64,000 nt of DNA, taken from positions 2,080,001 to 2,144,000 of the forward strand of contig CATQHZ020000001.1 of the NCBI GenBank assembly GCA_958296135.2. The letters are read 5' to 3'. This document shows, piece after piece, positions 10,012-20,459 of this stretch. The first letter of the stretch is position 1. Each line of letters opens with the position of its first letter. The stretch comes from an uncultured Poribacteria bacterium (GTDB taxonomy: Bacteria > Poribacteria > WGA-4E > WGA-3G). Position numbers and translations under genes: made by a program. The notes under the pieces are model-generated. The model saw only the letters and a list, made by a program, of their open reading frames with translations, made no database searches and had not been told where the DNA came from.

Positions 10012-10053
10012 CCGGGAGGCGCGGTTGCAAACCGCGCCTCCCGGGTCTTTTTT
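10012..10053 (+). terminator. REP-derived hairpin plus T-run, probable intrinsic terminator between convergent genes
   Basis: CCGGGAGGCGCGGTT-GCA-AACCGCGCCTCCCGG followed by GTCTTTTTT. Confidence 0.7.
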
Positions 10054-10401
10054 CTACGGCTCTACTGGCGGATGCTTCATGTCAAACGTTTTGCTTCGAT
10101 TTTCCAAGAGTTCCCGAAAGCCGATGAGGAACGGATCGGGTTCGCGCTGCCGGTCCCGCCATACCTCCAGATCGCGTTCCTTCACGCGTTGAAGGTATGC
10201 CGTCATCTCCTCCTTGTTGGCGAGGAAGTAGAGAATGGCAGCATGGATTTCATCCAAGGTCAGGTTTGGGTAGCGTTTCCGAATGTGGCCTATGTCCGCC
10301 CCTTGGAGATAATCATCCAGCACATGCTCTATTCCGAGGCAATGTCCCTTCATTTTGATGGTGTTTTCATCAATAAAGTCAAAGTAGTTTCTCACATCCA
10401 T
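10054..10401 (-). CDS. DUF433 family protein (antitoxin-like)
   Basis: IKMKGHCLGIEHVL...YPNLTLDEIHAAILYF. Confidence 0.8.
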   Translation of the reverse strand: MDVRNYFDFIDENTIKMKGHCLGIEHVLDDYLQGADIGHIRKRYPNLTLDEIHAAILYFLANKEEMTAYLQRVKERDLEVWRDRQREPDPFLIGFRELLENRSKTFDMKHPPVEP

Positions 10402-10556
10402 TTTCTTCTCCTTGCCAAAATCCCCGGATCTGGCGTTCCGCGCTCTGGCACTCCTTCGTCGCCCATTAACCGCACTTCCATTCCTGGGTGCAAATCCTCA
10501 AATTGCTGCTGAATTGCGCGTGCGAGGTGTTCATCCATTAGAAATCGCGGTATCAT
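10392..10556 (-). pseudogene. Truncated DUF5615-type PIN toxin (54 aa, absent from the ORF track)
   Basis: MIPRFLMDEHLARAIQQQFEDLHPGMEVRLMGDEGVPERGTPDPGILA; ATGA-coupled to the upstream DUF433; lacks the C-terminal half. Confidence 0.75.
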
Positions 10557-10921
10557 AAAGGCTCCAGTGGCTCAAGGCGGCGTTTTCCCTCGGCAATCAG
10601 TTTCTGGCGGTATTTCTCCAAACGTTGCCGCAGCTCAACTATTCTGGGTGAAGCCCCCTCAGTTGCCAACCACTTCTGATAAGCCTCCTCGCGGTATTGC
10701 CGCACCCGCAGCAGATATGCCTCCGCTTCCTCAGGGTTCGCCTCATAGTAGAGAAGAACAGCGTGGATTTTCTCCAGATTCAAGGTGGGGAAGCGATACA
10801 GAAGTTCTTCCGGGCTCTTATACCGCAGATACTCCTCCAACACGTCATCAATATAGATGCGGTGTCCCTTGATGCGGATTTGGGTGTCATTGATGAACTC
10901 AAAATAGTCTCGTAGCTCCAT
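10553..10921 (-). CDS. DUF433 family protein (antitoxin-like)
   Basis: RBS AAGGAG before ATG 10921; IRIKGHRIYIDDVL...FPTLNLEKIHAVLLYY. Confidence 0.85.
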   Translation of the reverse strand: MELRDYFEFINDTQIRIKGHRIYIDDVLEEYLRYKSPEELLYRFPTLNLEKIHAVLLYYEANPEEAEAYLLRVRQYREEAYQKWLATEGASPRIVELRQRLEKYRQKLIAEGKRRLEPLEPL

Positions 10922-11000
10922 GTGTTGACTCCTTTTTCGGGATAATGCAATTTTACAGCAAAACCTCAAAAAATCAAGAAAATCGCAATTCAGATTTAGG

Positions 11001-11029
11001 TTGACTTTTCGCGCCAAATGCCGTTTAAT
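11001..11029 (+). promoter_or_regulatory. Sigma70 promoter, probably leaderless to ATG 11036
   Basis: TTGACT-17 bp-TTTAAT, ATG 6 nt later, no RBS. Confidence 0.6.
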
Positions 11030-11035
11030 AACGCT

Positions 11036-12427
11036 ATGCCTAGGACCCGTTCACTCCTACTCAAAAACCTGCTAAGCCTTACGCCGCTCAGCATCCTCGG
11101 ACGCGCAGGAACGCTCCTGATTTATGCCCTTCTCGCCAAATGGTTCGGGGCGACAGGAGGCACCGATTTTATCTACTACTATTGGAGCATCGCTACCTTC
11201 CTGATCGAACTGCTCAGTGCTGCCTCCGCCTATTCTGTCCTCGTTCCCTTGTTGGCAGAGGCCAGAAGCAAAAGCGAAGGAGAAGCGCGACGATGCGTCC
11301 AAGCTGTCTTCGCCCTCTATCTGACGGTAATGCCGGGGAGCTGCTGTCTCTTAATAGGCATTGCGTGGGGCGCGTCGCAGTGGTTTTTCCCGAACACGGC
11401 ACTCTCGCCTTCCGCAGAAATCTGCATCGTTGCCGGCTTCACCTGCTTCGTGAGTATCTCCGCAATTCGGTGGGTTTTGAAGGCAATTTTGGATACATAT
11501 CAGGCGTTTCACTTACCGGCGATTACACAGGGCGTGCGCGCGCTCCTCGTCATCGCCACAATTTACATCGGCAAGCCGTATCTGTCGCTGGTTAGCATTC
11601 CGCTCGCGCTGATTCTCGGCGAACTCCTCCAAGTGGTTATCCTATTTCGACGATGCTGCGCTATCTTGAATCTACAAGCGCGACACCTACTTCATCCGGC
11701 GCAAATCAGCACGCATTGGCGGGAAACACCACAAATGCAGCAGTTTCTACGTCAATGTCTCCTGATGATGGGCGCGGCGATTTCAGATGGGCTAAACCCC
11801 ATCGTTGACAGAGGGATGGGCAGTTCACTTGGAGCAAGTTCAATCTCAAAGTTAGATTACGCGCTCCGTTTGTGCGCTATTCCAGAGACACTCACCGGGG
11901 TGACGCTACCGGTGCTACTGTCGCACTGGGCAAAACTTGCCGCTGGGAAACAGCCAGAACTAGCAATCCATCCGCACCAAAAAGGCGACAAAAAGGTGGA
12001 ACCTCTACAACAAAGTGTCTGGCGAGGTGTTGTCGCCATCGCTATCCTGATGGGGCCTTTCTTGCTCGGATTCTATGTTTTCCGGGAGCCCATCGTCAAT
12101 CTGTTGTATGGACACGGGGAATTGTCGGAGGCAGGGTTAAGGCACATCGCGGCGCTGCTCGGCATCTATCTCATCGGGATGCTCCCGCGTCTGATAAGCC
12201 GGTTGCTCATCCGCGCGCACCTGGCGCGACAAAACCACGCGATTGTCCTTTCAGCAACCTTGATTAGGTTGGTGCTGAATCCGTTGCTCAACTGGGTTTT
12301 CATGCAATTTTGGGGGCTTGCGGGGATACCCTGGTCAACGGCGTTATTGTCCTATCCGATTTGTGCATTCATCGCAGTCGCGTTTTTCAGCGGTTCATCA
12401 AACCGATTGCATTCCCTAGTTCGGTAG
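11036..12427 (+). CDS. MurJ/MviN-like MOP flippase
   Basis: About 12-14 TM segments; LAKWFGA...D, VLVPLL, IVDRGMGS.LG..SIS.LDYA.RL..IP. Confidence 0.8.
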   Translation: MPRTRSLLLKNLLSLTPLSILGRAGTLLIYALLAKWFGATGGTDFIYYYWSIATFLIELLSAASAYSVLVPLLAEARSKSEGEARRCVQAVFALYLTVMPGSCCLLIGIAWGASQWFFPNTALSPSAEICIVAGFTCFVSISAIRWVLKAILDTYQAFHLPAITQGVRALLVIATIYIGKPYLSLVSIPLALILGELLQVVILFRRCCAILNLQARHLLHPAQISTHWRETPQMQQFLRQCLLMMGAAISDGLNPIVDRGMGSSLGASSISKLDYALRLCAIPETLTGVTLPVLLSHWAKLAAGKQPELAIHPHQKGDKKVEPLQQSVWRGVVAIAILMGPFLLGFYVFREPIVNLLYGHGELSEAGLRHIAALLGIYLIGMLPRLISRLLIRAHLARQNHAIVLSATLIRLVLNPLLNWVFMQFWGLAGIPWSTALLSYPICAFIAVAFFSGSSNRLHSLVR

Positions 12428-12461
12428 GGTTGCGAGCCCGAAGAACAGCGGTGATTTAGTC

Positions 12462-14072
12462 TCAGGCGGCTCTCGTCTTCCTATACCGAAAAAAAGTCCA
12501 CACCCCCGATACCACTAACAGCACCAACAGAACTATCAACCCGATATTGACGTAATAGCGCGCCCGATTCAATTCCCACAGGCGTTCGTTTGCTTCTAAC
12601 GCGGCAGGCGTGCCTTTTTGCGCCTTCGCTTTCACCTGCTCCCAATACCTTTTTGCGAGTTCAGGCTGCCCGTGTTGCTCCGCAAGCTTCGCCGTGACAA
12701 CCAGATAGGTGACATCTTGGACATCCACCTTTTGAAGCGCATCGGCAAAGGAACTGAACAACAAAACCGTCAGACCGGAAGAGAGCTGCGGAAAATCGGT
12801 GGTGAGCTCAATCCCGTTCTGGAAAGCAGTGACAGCACGCTGGAGCTCACCCTGGTCAAACGCAATTTGTGACATCTCAAACCACGTCTTCTTTTCAAGC
12901 ACGAGAGGTTGTTCAATAGCGGTGTAGCCATCAAAAAGGAACGTCGCCGTACCGTAGTGCAGCTCGCCGAGTTTCACACTCAGCGTGTAAGTTTCGCCAA
13001 GTACTAACACATTCGGTCCCTTCCATTCGTCAAAGCGATAGGTGCCATTTTCACCGACTACCTGCTCGTAACCCGTTCCGTTAATCGTGACGCGCGCGCC
13101 AGCCACCGATTCACCGGGCGTTCCCGTGACAGTGCCGAAGATGGAGATAGGCTCTAACGCCCAACCGATATGGACAGCTTCGCCTAATTCTAACTGCAAC
13201 TCCGCAGTCTTGACAGATGGGATAAGATACCCCGCCTTCTTCACGACGACGGTGGAGGTTCCCGCTACCAGATTCTCGGTAATCAGTCTCGGTGTGCTCC
13301 CTACTTCTTCGTCGTTGAGAAAAATTTGCGCTCTTTCCGGAAATGTGGTAATCTTAATAGCAGGGGCGAGTTTGAGCAGTGCCGCTTTAACGTCCCCCGT
13401 TGGCGCGAGAATGCCTTTAGCGAAATCGGGGGCGGTGCGCAGCAGCTCATAAATTTCAATGATGCTGAGCCGACGGTTGTCGTTTGTATCGGTTGCATCC
13501 GTGGCAAGCGCGTCTCGGATTTGCTGAATGAGCGCGCCCTTGTTAGTGACAGCCGCGGATTGAATGGCGTTCAGCGCGGCATCGCCGAGCGTCTCGCGAT
13601 TCGCGTAGTAAGCATTCAGATTCGTATCGTCCGTGTAACCGTCAACGATAACCACAGCCTGAGCGATGCCAGACGCTTTGAACCACTGATTGAGGCCCCG
13701 GTCTTCAATGCTAGTGTCGTCTTGTGTCATCAAGTGCATGATGTTCATGCCGCGCGGTTTCGTAACGCCGCCGTGGTAGAGAAAGATAAGCGTTCCTTGT
13801 TCCTGCATGTTCGCACCGATTTCTTGGAGGACGGACTGGATTTCCGTGCTAACTGCGCGTTCGCCTTCAAGACGATGCACCTGCTCACTCGGCACTTTCC
13901 CTCGGTTGACGAGCAGTTCGGTGAGAGCATTCAGCGATTCGTGTGCGCGCGCATCAGGCGTAGCATCCACGATGAGCCAATGCGTCTCGGCATCGACAAG
14001 GGCAGCAGGCACCGTCGGCACGCACGCGATGAGAATAAAAACAGTTATCAGAATGATGTTAGAGTTTGACAT
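12462..14072 (-). CDS. Exported, membrane-anchored protein with degenerate caspase-like, PEGA, carboxypeptidase-regulatory-like and TPR-like regions
   Basis: Signal peptide; IFLYHGG; VVIVDGY; DTNDNRRLSIIEIYELL; PEGA TTFPERAQIFLNDEEVGSTP; C-terminal TM plus basic tail. Confidence 0.6.
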   Translation of the reverse strand: MSNSNIILITVFILIACVPTVPAALVDAETHWLIVDATPDARAHESLNALTELLVNRGKVPSEQVHRLEGERAVSTEIQSVLQEIGANMQEQGTLIFLYHGGVTKPRGMNIMHLMTQDDTSIEDRGLNQWFKASGIAQAVVIVDGYTDDTNLNAYYANRETLGDAALNAIQSAAVTNKGALIQQIRDALATDATDTNDNRRLSIIEIYELLRTAPDFAKGILAPTGDVKAALLKLAPAIKITTFPERAQIFLNDEEVGSTPRLITENLVAGTSTVVVKKAGYLIPSVKTAELQLELGEAVHIGWALEPISIFGTVTGTPGESVAGARVTINGTGYEQVVGENGTYRFDEWKGPNVLVLGETYTLSVKLGELHYGTATFLFDGYTAIEQPLVLEKKTWFEMSQIAFDQGELQRAVTAFQNGIELTTDFPQLSSGLTVLLFSSFADALQKVDVQDVTYLVVTAKLAEQHGQPELAKRYWEQVKAKAQKGTPAALEANERLWELNRARYYVNIGLIVLLVLLVVSGVWTFFRYRKTRAA

Positions 14073-14161
14073 TTTCCTAAATTCCTAGAACCTTTTTCTG
14101 TTGCAGCAATTTTCCAATAAGTTTAACATAAATTCAACATCATTGCCAGAAAAAACACTCT

Positions 14162-14269
14162 AAACTTTTATCGCGAAACTGCGTCAAAATAAATGTAATT
14201 AGCAAGGGCGTCTGTGCGCGACATTTCCCTGAACAAAAATTTACGGAACTTTTCGCGTAGACAGCTGTC
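14162..14269 (+). promoter_or_regulatory. Two tandem ECF-like promoters upstream of the tolC operon
   Basis: AAACTTTT..GTCAAAA (14162-14185) and GAACTTTT..GTCAAAA (14246-14269), 17-bp spacing. Confidence 0.5.
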
Positions 14270-14385
14270 AAAAATGTGAGGGTTTACCCGCGGTGCCATT
14301 TCGTTGAACGCCGCTGTAGGTAGCACTCACCGGACAAATTTTCGTTTTTTTACTATCCTTTTTAGTCCTAACGGACTCTATATAA

Positions 14386-14446
14386 TACCAAATGACGTTA
14401 ACTCCTCTTGTTACGCACTAGGCGTATCCTTATCGGTAATTTGGTA
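14386..14446. mobile_element. 61-bp MITE-like element with TACCAAAT TIRs and TAA flanks
   Basis: TAA|TACCAAATGA...TAATTTGGTA|TAA; same termini at 37840-37908. Confidence 0.6.
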
Positions 14447-14467
14447 TAAGCGTGCAAGGAGAACTTA

Positions 14468-15799
14468 ATGATTCAATGGCAGACTAGGTTCGTTTTTATC
14501 CTCATTGTTCAGGTTCTAGCGATTTCTTGCGTTTCGGCACAAGAACCGGCCGACCTTGACTTATCGCAACCGCTGACGCTTGAACAATGTATCCAAATCG
14601 GGTTGGAGAAATCGACGCAGATGCGGAATGCGCGGTTGAATCTCGCCATCCAAGAACTTCGGGTGAAAAACGCGCGGGCCCGCTATTTCCCGCAAATTTT
14701 CGCCACCGGCAACTACGATTTTTCCGACCGGGTTGACTTCGGCTTTGAACCCGAAAACTACGATTTAGGGCTGCGGGGACAATACACCCTCTGGGATAAC
14801 GGGCAACGTGAGGGAAGTTTCGCGCAGGCGAAAACGCGGCGGAACGCCACTGAAAGCCGCAACGAGGAAATTAAACAAAACTTGATTTTCCAAATCACGG
14901 AAGGCTACTACAACGTCCTCAAACGGCAGGAACTAGTCAGCGTCAGTGAAGAGATTCTGGCGCGGTCGCGGGATAACACCCAACGGACGCAGGATTTCGT
15001 GGAAGCCGGCTCGCTCATCCCAGCGGATGTCGCCAGTGCACAAGTGCGCGAGGCTAACGACAGGTTATCACTCTTGAACAACCAGAATTCACTGCAAATC
15101 GCGCAGGCAACGCTGCCGCAACTTGTCGGGTTAGACCCGGGGGTGTTGCTGACTGTCGTCGTAGATGCGTCGTATCCGCTGTATCTGGAACGCGGCACAA
15201 TCGAGCGCATGGAGATGCCCCTTGAAGAGGCCATCCAGATAGCCCTTGACAATCGGCCTGAATTTCAGGAAATCCAAGAGCAGCTGAAGGAGCAGGAGTG
15301 GACGCTCACCCTCTCAAGATTGCAGCGGTGGCCCCGGCTCAATGCCGATGTAGACTACAACGTGAACCTTGACGATTACCTGCGTGAACGTGAGAATTTC
15401 TCGGATTTCCGGAGTTGGAGCGTCGGCGCATCGCTGAACTTCACGCTCTTTGATGGCGGAGTTATCAGCAACCAGGTGAAAGAGGTTAAACTGCAACTGG
15501 AGCAAACTCGCGAGAATGCGAGCGCCCTCGAGCGTTCTGTCGCCTTGGACGTGCGGCAATCCTACCTGAACCTGAAACGGAGTGAAGCCGAACTTGACAT
15601 CTTCAAGACACAAGTCTTCAACGCAAAGCTGAGCCTGGATGTCATCCAAGGACGCTTTGAAGTGGACAAAGCCATTCTGCTGGAATTGCTTGAGGCGCAG
15701 ACAGATTACGCGCAGGCATTGACAAATCAGGTAAACGCTTTCTACGACTACAAAATCGCGCAAACCCGCTTACAAGATGCAATGGGAGTGTTGCAATAA
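14468..15799 (+). CDS. TolC family outer membrane efflux protein
   Basis: LTLEQCIQIGL, two OEP repeats, YDYKIA..RL..AMG. Confidence 0.9.
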   Translation: MIQWQTRFVFILIVQVLAISCVSAQEPADLDLSQPLTLEQCIQIGLEKSTQMRNARLNLAIQELRVKNARARYFPQIFATGNYDFSDRVDFGFEPENYDLGLRGQYTLWDNGQREGSFAQAKTRRNATESRNEEIKQNLIFQITEGYYNVLKRQELVSVSEEILARSRDNTQRTQDFVEAGSLIPADVASAQVREANDRLSLLNNQNSLQIAQATLPQLVGLDPGVLLTVVVDASYPLYLERGTIERMEMPLEEAIQIALDNRPEFQEIQEQLKEQEWTLTLSRLQRWPRLNADVDYNVNLDDYLRERENFSDFRSWSVGASLNFTLFDGGVISNQVKEVKLQLEQTRENASALERSVALDVRQSYLNLKRSEAELDIFKTQVFNAKLSLDVIQGRFEVDKAILLELLEAQTDYAQALTNQVNAFYDYKIAQTRLQDAMGVLQ

Positions 15800-15801
15800 T
15801 C

Positions 15802-17784
15802 ATGAAGAACCGGAAAAAATGGATTATCATCGGTGTCGTCGCCCTTGTTGTTATCGCCGCCGTAGCGATTGGCGCGACGCGCATCAATCTCACAATCGGA
15901 AAACAGGCGAAGAAAGACGAGGATAAGCGCGAGGTAGTACGGCGCGGCAAATTCCTCGTCAAAGTCCGAGAGTCCGGCCACCTCCGCTCCTTCATTGAGG
16001 TAGATGTCCGCTCCAACGTTGAGGGCGAAATCCTTGAAATTCTCATTGAAGAGGGAGAAGTTGTGGGAGCCGGGCAGCCGCTCCTCAAAATCGATGAGGA
16101 ACAGATTTTAGAGGAAAAAAAACAAGCTGAGGAGAACCTGAAAGCAAGCATCGCGCAGCTTGAACAGGCGAAACTCCGCATTAAAATCACCGAAAAAGAG
16201 CAAGCGAGTAGTCTCCTGCAGGCGGAAAATTCTGTCGCGAGGACAGAAGCAAATTTGGCATCCTTTATTGCAAATAAGCAGCAACGGATAGCCGACGCGG
16301 AGACGCAAGTCGCCACAACGCAGAACTCGCTCAATCTGGATGAAATCGACAAACGGCAGGCGGACATCTCCCTCGCGCAAGCCAAGTTGACGCTGGAACG
16401 CACCGAAGCCACCCAGAAGTCTGCAAAAATTGCGTTTGAGACAGCCGAATCTGAATCCAATCGGAACAAGGGGCTGTTTGAGAAAAACTTGATTTCCAAA
16501 CAAGCACTTGAAGAATCGCAAAGGCAGCTCGCCAACGCGACTTCGCAATATGAAACATCCCAGAAAGAGGTTGAATCGCAAAAGGAAACGATTAAATCCC
16601 AAGAGGAGAATATCAAAGCTAGGGAGCAAGCCATCGAAAGCCGAAAGGCGACGCTGGCACTCCGCAAAAAGAACGTGATAACGCTGGAAGCGTCACAAGC
16701 AGCAGAGGAAAAGCGGCTCCAGGCCGATGTAGAAGATGCACGCACCCGCCTTCAAAAAATCGAAGACACAACCGAAGAAGAGAAAGAACTGACTCGACAC
16801 GCCAAGGTGAGCGCAGAAGCGAACCGCCTCCGCTTTGAAAGTCAACTCAAGTCGCAACAGGAACGACACGAATGGACAACGGTTATTGCGCCGATGTCCG
16901 GCACCATCACGCGCCTTGTTGTGGAAGAGGGGGAGATCATCACATCGGGACGTTCCGCCTTCTCGCGCGGCGAGGCAATCATGCGCATCGCCGACCTCAC
17001 GCAGATGATTGTCCGAACCCAAATTAACCAGGTCGAAATCAGCAAGATAGAGGTAGGGCAGCGCGCGGAAATCACCGTTGACAGCCATCCGAATCGCGTC
17101 TTTGAAGGCAGAGTCAGCGAGATTTCACCGAGTGCAACACCGCGAGGACAAAACAGCCAAGACGGAGTCATCCGATTTGAGGTGGATATTGAAGTGTTAG
17201 GTTCGCCGCCAGAACTCCGGCCCGGCATGTCCGCCGACGTAGACATCATCGTGTTTGAAGAATCCGATATTCTGCAACTGCCGATAGCCGCTGTGATGAA
17301 TCCGGAGATTGTCACCGTTGCAGCGAACTTAACGCCAGAGCAGCTCGGACAGTTTCAGAAGGGGCAGAAACTCAAAATTCGGAACCTCATCGGCAAGGAA
17401 TTCCCCGGCAGCGTCGGCCAGCTGTCATCTGACAACCCCGATGGCAGTCTCGAAATTCTGCTTGACGGTTCACCGAAAGGCTTGCGCACCGGCCCGACTG
17501 AGATTATCATCGTCATCTCTGATGACAAGCAGCTCAGCGGCATCGAAGCGCAAGTGAAAAGCGAGCGGCAGTTTTTTGTCATGCTAGACACAGGCAAAGA
17601 CCTCGGTGAGAAAAAAGAGGGAACAAAGGGTGTCAAAACCCACATCAAAGTCAGGCAGCGTAACATCACGCACTTTGAAATCACCGAAGGTTTGAAAGAA
17701 GGCGACCGGGTTTTCGTGCCCTCAATGATGGAATTAACGAAGGGTGCCGGTGGAGACAATAGCGACTCTGACGACTTTAAATAG
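15802..17784 (+). CDS. MacA/HlyD-like membrane fusion protein with very long coiled coil
   Basis: N-terminal TM, lipoyl halves VEGEILEILIEEGEVV and APMSGTI, LRPGMSADV, EITEGLKEGD. Confidence 0.9.
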   Translation: MKNRKKWIIIGVVALVVIAAVAIGATRINLTIGKQAKKDEDKREVVRRGKFLVKVRESGHLRSFIEVDVRSNVEGEILEILIEEGEVVGAGQPLLKIDEEQILEEKKQAEENLKASIAQLEQAKLRIKITEKEQASSLLQAENSVARTEANLASFIANKQQRIADAETQVATTQNSLNLDEIDKRQADISLAQAKLTLERTEATQKSAKIAFETAESESNRNKGLFEKNLISKQALEESQRQLANATSQYETSQKEVESQKETIKSQEENIKAREQAIESRKATLALRKKNVITLEASQAAEEKRLQADVEDARTRLQKIEDTTEEEKELTRHAKVSAEANRLRFESQLKSQQERHEWTTVIAPMSGTITRLVVEEGEIITSGRSAFSRGEAIMRIADLTQMIVRTQINQVEISKIEVGQRAEITVDSHPNRVFEGRVSEISPSATPRGQNSQDGVIRFEVDIEVLGSPPELRPGMSADVDIIVFEESDILQLPIAAVMNPEIVTVAANLTPEQLGQFQKGQKLKIRNLIGKEFPGSVGQLSSDNPDGSLEILLDGSPKGLRTGPTEIIIVISDDKQLSGIEAQVKSERQFFVMLDTGKDLGEKKEGTKGVKTHIKVRQRNITHFEITEGLKEGDRVFVPSMMELTKGAGGDNSDSDDFK

Positions 17785-17850
17785 CGCGCGTTGCGCTGTT
17801 CCGCCGCGCTCACCGGCAACACAATAAACTCAAACAGAGGTGCCATACTT

Positions 17851-18555
17851 ATGTTAATTGATGTCAGAAACCTAACCAAAGTCTACCAGATGGGCGATGT
17901 GCAGGTGCACGCGTTGCGAGGCGTGTCCTTTACCGTTACATCGGGGGAGTTCATCGCCATTATGGGTCCCTCCGGTTCCGGGAAATCCACGATGATGGAT
18001 ATCCTCGGATGCCTTGCAACACCCACGTCCGGCGAATACTATCTTGAAGACGAAGAAGTGGGTAAACTTTCCGATAACCGGCTAGCGGATATTCGGAACA
18101 AGAAAATCGGTTTCGTGTTTCAGTCGTTCAACCTTTTACCACGGACGAGCGCGCTTCACAACGTGGAATTGCCCCTCATTTACTCCGGCCTCGGCAGGAA
18201 GGAGCGGAAACGGCGTGCTTATGAATCGCTGGAGGCAGTCGGCCTGGCAGACCGGATAACTCACAAATCCACGGAGCTCTCCGGTGGACAAATTCAGCGG
18301 GTGGCCATCGCGCGCGCGCTGGTGAATAGCCCCTCGATGATCTTCGCAGACGAGCCTACCGGAAACTTGGATACCCGGTCTGGTAACGAAATCATGGCGA
18401 TTTTCGACCGGCTCAACAAAGATGGGAATACCATCATCATGGTAACGCACGAACCCGAAGTAGCTGAACATGCACAGCGCGTCCTCCACATTCGGGACGG
18501 CTTAATTGAACGCGACGTGAGGCAGAACGGAAATGGTGCGCAAAACGCTGAATAA
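17851..18555 (+). CDS. ABC transporter ATP-binding protein (MacB/LolD-like)
   Basis: [28 protein letters not shown]; RBS GAGG before ATG 17851. Confidence 0.95.
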   Translation: MLIDVRNLTKVYQMGDVQVHALRGVSFTVTSGEFIAIMGPSGSGKSTMMDILGCLATPTSGEYYLEDEEVGKLSDNRLADIRNKKIGFVFQSFNLLPRTSALHNVELPLIYSGLGRKERKRRAYESLEAVGLADRITHKSTELSGGQIQRVAIARALVNSPSMIFADEPTGNLDTRSGNEIMAIFDRLNKDGNTIIMVTHEPEVAEHAQRVLHIRDGLIERDVRQNGNGAQNAE

Positions 18556-20452
18556 TCACACACGTCGCACAGTAGGAGAGCTCTCCCGGTCCCGCCACCT
18601 CTCTCTCCTCGCCATCTTCTGTTTCACTACCTGCGCTGCGCACGCGCAGATAAAGTGGGATGCAGCGAAGTTTATGCCGTTGTCGGAAGTGAAACCCGGT
18701 ATGAAAGGGAAAGGCTACACGGTATTCTCTGGCATAACGGTGGAGGCATTCGATTTTGAAGTCGTCGGTATCCAGTACAACCGCTACCCGCGCTTGCATG
18801 TGATATGGGCGAAAGGCTTAAGCGACAATTTCAAAACGACCGGCTCCGCTGGCGGAATGAGCGGGAGTCCCACCTATATTGACGGAAGGCTCATGGGTGC
18901 CCTCGCGCGGAGTTACCGCGATCAGCGTGCACACGGAAACCTTTTCGGGATAACCCCCATTGAATTGATGGTGAGAGTTACCGAACACGGCATGCTGCCC
19001 AATTTAGGGTATCGCGGCACCCAAATTTTCGAGTTGGGCACAGAAGTTGTGACAGAAGGAATTGATACCGTCCCGTCCCTCTTCGGTGTCGGCATACCGC
19101 CCTCTTTTGAGCGGCAGCCGGTAGCAGCGTTGCTCCCGGCACCTTTTCCTTCGGAAGGGAACTCAGAACGGCTGGAGATGCCTGTCTCCATCCCCGGCAT
19201 TGATTCCAAGACGATGCGGTATTACCGAACACTCTTCGACCGGTTGAACCTCGTCCCTGTTGAAGCGGCAAGTGGCGGCAGCCCTATGAAAACATCGCCT
19301 GTTGAAGCCGGACAGACAATCGGTGTTGCATCTGCACGCGGCGATTTTTCCGCCTTCGGCTTCGGAACCATCACCTATGTTGATGGAAACGAACTCCTCG
19401 CTTACGGACACGCTAGGGATGGAGAAGGTAACGTCAACCTACCCCTTTCCGGTGGGTATGTTCATTTTATCGTGCCCGGCCGCTACCGCTCTTACAAAGT
19501 TGCCTCCGCCACGCAGCCTATCGGCACCTTAGTCCAAGACCGGGATGCAGCCATCGCCGGCACTATTGGGCAGCATCCGAGCTATATCCCCGTTACTCTC
19601 AACGTGGAAACGAGCAATGGCAGACAATATGCCCTTTTCTATGAAGTAATTCGGCATCGCGGGTTTTCCGCGCTCTATACGGAAATGGGGACAGCTTATC
19701 TCTTGGAGGCACTTGAATTTGCTTCCAACGACTACACTCTCAATATCGGTGCCACCCTCACTTTAGAAAACCATCCTGAACTCATCAAGCATGAAATTGT
19801 GCGTCAAAACGTCTATTCCTTCAGCGGTTCACCTCGGACAGCAGTGCGAGAGACACTCCGAACGCCGCTGTTACAGTTGCTTGATAATTCCCACGCCACG
19901 GTAGCGATAGAGAAAATTGATGTCGCGCTCAAGCTGGCGGATAAACGGCGGACAGCAGTCGTAGAGCGTCTCCGGATTAACAAACACTCCTACCGCCCAG
20001 GCGAAACCGTTGAAGTGGAGGTAACCGTGCGGCCCTACCTTGAAAAACCGGTAACGCTGACAGAAACCCTCACCGTTCCAAAGAACACACCAGACGGGCT
20101 CATCACGCTTCTAGCGATGAGCGCGACAACACACGAAAGATGGCAACGTTCACGTGCCCCGCTAAACTTTCGCCCGAAAAACGTCAATCAACTTGTCGAA
20201 CTCCTGCAACAACGGCAGAGCAACACCGACATCATCTTGGCGTTGTTCGTCCGGCAGCCGGGGTTGACGGTTCAAGGTGAGGAATTCGCCGATTTGCCGC
20301 CCTCGGTGATGGCCGTCATGAAGCCGACTACACAGATAGGCGACAGCGGCTGGACGCTCGGGGCAAGTTTACAGCATGAGAACATTCCTACCGAGTACGT
20401 GATTTTCGGAAGCGGCTCCATTGAATTCGCTGTGTATCGGCACGCGCGGTAG
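18533..20452 (+). CDS. SpoIVB-like peptidase S55 family protein
   Basis: [21 protein letters not shown] catalytic Ser motif, [14 protein letters not shown]. Confidence 0.85.
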   Translation: MVRKTLNNHTRRTVGELSRSRHLSLLAIFCFTTCAAHAQIKWDAAKFMPLSEVKPGMKGKGYTVFSGITVEAFDFEVVGIQYNRYPRLHVIWAKGLSDNFKTTGSAGGMSGSPTYIDGRLMGALARSYRDQRAHGNLFGITPIELMVRVTEHGMLPNLGYRGTQIFELGTEVVTEGIDTVPSLFGVGIPPSFERQPVAALLPAPFPSEGNSERLEMPVSIPGIDSKTMRYYRTLFDRLNLVPVEAASGGSPMKTSPVEAGQTIGVASARGDFSAFGFGTITYVDGNELLAYGHARDGEGNVNLPLSGGYVHFIVPGRYRSYKVASATQPIGTLVQDRDAAIAGTIGQHPSYIPVTLNVETSNGRQYALFYEVIRHRGFSALYTEMGTAYLLEALEFASNDYTLNIGATLTLENHPELIKHEIVRQNVYSFSGSPRTAVRETLRTPLLQLLDNSHATVAIEKIDVALKLADKRRTAVVERLRINKHSYRPGETVEVEVTVRPYLEKPVTLTETLTVPKNTPDGLITLLAMSATTHERWQRSRAPLNFRPKNVNQLVELLQQRQSNTDIILALFVRQPGLTVQGEEFADLPPSVMAVMKPTTQIGDSGWTLGASLQHENIPTEYVIFGSGSIEFAVYRHAR

Positions 20453-20459
20453 GCCCACA

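Noticed and set aside
15642-16745. Long antisense or alternative-frame ORFs (also 30268-31068, 38500-39339, 13326-14069, 46944-47642, 9853-10512)
   Set aside because: They are shadows of well-supported genes on the other strand and carry no motifs.
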